A stretch of DNA of 64,000 nucleotides from Isurus oxyrinchus (lineage: Eukaryota): contig JANJGN010000012.1 of the NCBI GenBank assembly GCA_026770705.1, forward strand, positions 133,858,001-133,922,000. The letters run 5' to 3'. Shown here piece by piece: positions 59,484 to 64,000 of the stretch. Every line of letters begins with the position of its first letter. Positions within the stretch are counted from its first letter, which is position 1. The position numbers and the translations under genes are program-made. The notes under the pieces are model-generated. The model was not told the DNA's origin and ran no database searches. It saw only the letters and a program-made list of their open reading frames with translations.

Positions 59484-61415
59484 ATCCTGGTTCAATGAAG
59501 AGTGCAGGAGAGCATGCCAGGAGCAGCACTAGGCACACCTAAAAATGAGGTGTCAACCTGGTGAAGCTGTAACACAGGGCTACTTGCGTGCCAAACAGCA
59601 TAAGCAGCAAGTGATAGACAGAGCTAAGCAATTCCACAACCAATGGATCAGATCTAAGCTCTGCAGTCCTGCCACATTCAGTTGTAAATGGTGGTGGACA
59701 ATTAAACAAATCACTGGGGGAGGAGGCTCCACAAATATCCCCATCCTCAATGATAGGGGAGCCCAGCACAGCAGTGCAAAAGATAAGGCTGAAGTATTTT
59801 TCAGTCAGAAATGCTGAGTGGATGATCCATCTCGGCCTCCTCCAGAAGTCCAGGTGATATCAAGAAACGGCTGAAGGCACTGGATACTGCAACGGCTATG
59901 GGCCCTGACAATATTCCAGCAATAGTACTGAAGACTTGTGCTCCAGAACTTGTTGTGCCCCTAGTCAAGCTGTTCCAGTACAGCTACAACACTGGCATCT
60001 ACTCGGCTACATGGAAAATTGCCCAGATATGTCCTGTACCCAAAAAGGACAAATCCAACCCAGCCAATTACCGCCCCATCAGTCTACTCTCGATCATCAG
60101 TAAATTAATGGATGGGGACATCAACAGTGCTACCAAGCGGCACTTGCTTAGCGATAACCTGTTCACTGGTGCCCAGTTTAAGTTCTGCCAGGGCCACTCA
60201 GCTACTGACCTCATTACAACCTTGGTTTATACAGGGACAAAAGAACTGAACTCCTGAGATGAGGTGAAAATGACTGCCCTTGACATCAAGGCTGCATTTG
60301 ACAGAGTATGGCATCAAGGAGCCCAAGCAAAACTGGAGCCAATGGGAATCAGGGGGGAAACTCTGCGCTGGGTGGAGTCATACCTAGCACAAAGGAAGAT
60401 GGTTGTGGTTGTTGGAGGTCAGTCCTCTCAGCTCCAGGACATCACTGCAGGAGTTCGGCAGGATAGTGTCCTCGGCCTAACCATTTTCAGCTGCTTCATC
60501 AATGACCTTCCTTCCATCTTAAGGTCAGAAGTGGGGATGTTCGCTGATGATTACACAATGTTCAGCACCATTCATGACTCCTCAGATACTGAAGCAGTCC
60601 ATGTCCAAATGCAGCAAGACCTGGACAATATCCAGGCTTGGGCTGACAAGTAGCAAGTAACACTTGTGCCACACAAGTGTCAGGCAACGACGATCTTTAA
60701 CAAGAGAGAATCCAACCATCGCCCCTTGACGTTCAACGGCACTACCATCACGGAATCTCCCACTATCAACATCCTAGGGGTTACCATTTACCAGAAACTG
60801 AACCGGACTAGCCACATAAATACTGTAGCTATAAGGGCAGGTCAGAAGCTACGAATCCTGCGACAAGTAGCTCCCTTCCTGACCCTCCCAAAGCCTGTCC
60901 ACCATCTATCTACAAGGCACATGTCAGGAGTGTGATGGAATACTTCCCACTTGCCTGGATGAGTGCAGTTCCCACAACAATCAGGAAGCTTGACACCTTC
61001 CAGGACAAAGCAGCCTGCTTGATTGGCACCACATTCACAAACATGCACTCCCTCCATCACTGATGCACAGTAGCAGCAGTGTGTACTATCTACAAGATGC
61101 ACTGCAGGAGTTCACCAAAGCTCCTTCGACAGCACCTTCCAAACCCATGACCACTACCATCTAGAAGGACAAGAGCAGCAGATGGATGGGGAACACCACC
61201 ACCTAGAAATTCCCCTCCAAGTCACTCACCATCCTGACTTGGAAATATATCGCCGTTCCTTCACTGTTGCTGGGTCAAAATCCTGGAACTCCCTTCCTAA
61301 CAGCACTATGGGTGTACTTACACCACAGGACTGGAGTGGTTCAAGAAGTCAGCTCACAACCACCATCTCAAGGGCAATAAATGCTGGCCCAGCCAGCGAA
61401 GCCCACATCCCGTGA
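59484..61415 (+). mobile_element. CR1/L2-group non-LTR retrotransposon, 5'-truncated and inactivated
   Basis: Consecutive RT fragments GPDNIPAIVLK, NYRPISLLSIISKL, LDIKAAFDRVWH, GVRQDSVLG...FINDL, FADD, broken by stops and frameshifts. Confidence 0.93.
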
Positions 61416-62726
61416 ATGGATAAAAACAAACTTAGTGACTCCTTAGAGACCCACAGTGAAAGAAAGAACAGGTGCACAATTTTTTCACTCCTTTCTTTTG
61501 TGCAGTTAATGTCCCATCGATTCTTCTTCACACATTACCCCCCTGCCAACATTCTCAAACACTCTCCCTTTTCTTCCTTCTGGCCCACCAGCCAGAAAGT
61601 TATGGGCAAACCTGCCTTTACTGGCCTGGAAGACACAACTCAATTTTATGTGGTGCAAGCAATCAGTTGTTAGAGTCGTGGTTTCTGTCCCTTCAGGCCA
61701 ATCAGAAGTCTGGTAGCTCTTCAGTCTCAACAGCACCACCAGAAGCAGTGGCCACTGCTGGGACTGCAGCAGGCCCCAGACCAGCAACGATGAAGCAGCA
61801 CCGGAACACAGGTAAGCGGGGGTGGGGCACTACGGGTCAATCAGAGAGACCTGGGAGGGGTGGGGGGGGGGGGGGGGGTGGTGGGAGGGGTGGGGGTGTG
61901 GTGGGAGGGTTGATCATGAGGGTGGGAGGGGACATCCAGTAGAGGCAACTCTTGCGATTGGTGGTGGGAAGGGGGGGGCGGGGGGAGGGGCCTCCACTGT
62001 CCACAGGGTGCCTGGTCAGGAGAACTCCTTGAGCCCATAGGGAGGCTGCCAGATTTTAACGGGCAGCATCCCTGCTGGTGAGATGTCCATCTGCCACTGG
62101 TAAAGTACCAGCAGTGCAGGAAGAAGCCATTAATTGGCCACTTTAGGGCCTCAATTGGCATAAAGGCAGATGGGTCACCTGCCACCTGTCCCCCCACTGG
62201 TAAAATACCACTTCCAGGGGGGTGTGGGCTGGGGTTGGGAATGAGTAAATTTTGGGCCATGCTGATGTTCATCTTTGTTGCTGCAGCTTGTTTGTAACCA
62301 TCTGTCTCTAAGTTATAAAGCAGTGCTATCTTGAACTAAGACATTCATAGAACACTTCAGCGATGACACAGCCTCCCATAATTTGTACTAAATACAAAAT
62401 GACTGCTGTATTCTATTTCCACATACCAAATGCATATTTCCATCTCACAGTATTACACCTGAAAATATTTAAATTAACACACAGTTTTTACTGATCTCAG
62501 TTAAGTCGAAATGGGGTAATACAACTGGCCTTGATTTCTTTGGGCTGAATAGTGAAGAGAAATAAAACTGAGCCAGTGTTCCTGCATCTGTGCAGTGATC
62601 TTTACCTGCATGGCTGCGTGAACAATGTGGCAATCACAGCAGCAAATTTAACAACGATTCTCATCCTTCACACCACTGGAATTGAATAGTAAAGTGACAT
62701 TGGAATCAACTTCAAAGGCAAATCTT

Positions 62727-64000
62727 GGATGGAATTTTCCGTGCCCACTGGCGTTGGGCGTGTTTGGTGGCGCGATAGGTAAAATGGCGAGAAGGTCAAA
62801 AATCGGTGAAAGCTTGCAGTCGGTTGCAATCGTCCACTCAGCTCATCAATGGCGGGCTGCATTTCCTACCATCGGATGTCAGGAACCTCATTGTAATACA
62901 TCAGCCTGTCATTACAAGGCCAGCCCAGTCCCCTGGCTGGATCGCCCACCCAAGTTGGCATTATTACATTCTGACATGTTTTACAAAAGCATATAAAAGG
63001 CGTGCACTTGGCAGGCTGCACTTTGTGGGGAACTCAGAGGTGAATGCACAGTAACGTTGCAGAGTGCTCGCGAGGGACGCTTGTTAGACTTAAAGGTTGA
63101 GGCGCGTTTGGGGAGGGGGGCGCAAAGGCTGCCCTGCAGTTAAAGGCAGCACACAAGTATGTTTGGGGTGGGGGGGGAGTGCCACATCTTAGGGACACCT
63201 TGTATAAAGTGACCATTCCTCTGTAGCTGAGACAGTTTAGGCACAGCCATTGATGTGATTGGAGTCAGGCCTCTAGCTTATCTGCCCACTCAAGCAACGC
63301 AGAGGTCTGAAAGTGCCACTAAGTGCTCCAGTGCTTCTCACCCCTCGAGCACAGACAGCAAACTAATAACTGCAGAACAGTTATTGGGCACATTGCACAG
63401 TCTCCTTGCTAAAGCTGGCCGTGGAACAGCCACTTATGGAGGTTCTCACAGCTCCTTGCACTTTCATCATCACAGCTTGGACAAATCTCCCCCATTGTTC
63501 AAACTAACAGTGCAGCCTTGCAGGGCAGGATAGGAGAATGCCAGTGCCCGAGCTGAGAGCACAGCATATGCCAATGGGCAAAGCTGCCGCCAATCGGTCA
63601 GGTGGAGTGGGGCGGAGGAAGGTGGGGTTTCGGGCAGCCATGCAGCACACTAATCTCCTGTTGTCCAAGTGGTGGCCAGCACTCTCCGGGATGCGTTGAG
63701 GGGCCCTCAGACTTAACCAAGAGAGGTTCTTAGTACAATCAAGCTAACTCATACGTCTTTCTCTTTCATCCTGCAGGAGGAGTACATCAGGAACATGGGG
63801 CCTGGTGAACTAGCTGTATGGCTCGTGGCGTACAGAGAGGGAAGACAGCGGAGAACAGAGCGATTGAGGTGCTTAGCTGCGCAGAGGGAGGAACAGCACC
63901 CTCATGAAGAAGGGATGGCTGCAGCTCCCACACCCACTGCTGAAGAGCCACAGTGAGCCGTCGCTGATCGGTGCCTAGATAGACTGAGGGTCTATAGAAG
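62727..64000 (+). mobile_element. Probable PIF/Harbinger element, left part, running off the window
   Basis: Starts with TIR-like ggatggaattttcc; near the end a splice acceptor (ctctttcatcctgcag) precedes a disrupted Arg-rich frame ending RLRVYR, like the N-terminus of Harbinger transposases. Confidence 0.45.

Overview
Eukaryotic vertebrate DNA, most likely a cartilaginous fish, judged from the repeat landscape (CR1/L2 LINEs, Deu-domain and tRNA SINEs, Penelope-like and Harbinger elements). The window holds most of a minus-strand ZNF341 gene (ATG 39139, stop 269). Twelve coding exons with GT-AG boundaries and consistent phases can be read. Exons 3-5 are absent and probably lie in the 100-N gap at 33697-33796. 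Upstream on the same strand are the last two (SH3) exons of an ASAP-family ArfGAP gene, possibly a fourth ASAP ohnolog. The best leads are: (1) a 39-bp intronic minisatellite whose units carry the ZNF341 core binding motif between two CCAAT boxes; (2) an inverted copy of the exon 11 splice acceptor in intron 9; (3) several fold-back Penelope-derived insertions with target-site duplications and minimal hammerhead-ribozyme motifs; (4) a roughly 2.8-kb AG-free pyrimidine tract in front of exon 9. Most ORFs in the supplied track are spurious or transposon-derived. All comparisons were made by eye and from recalled protein sequences, with no database searches.
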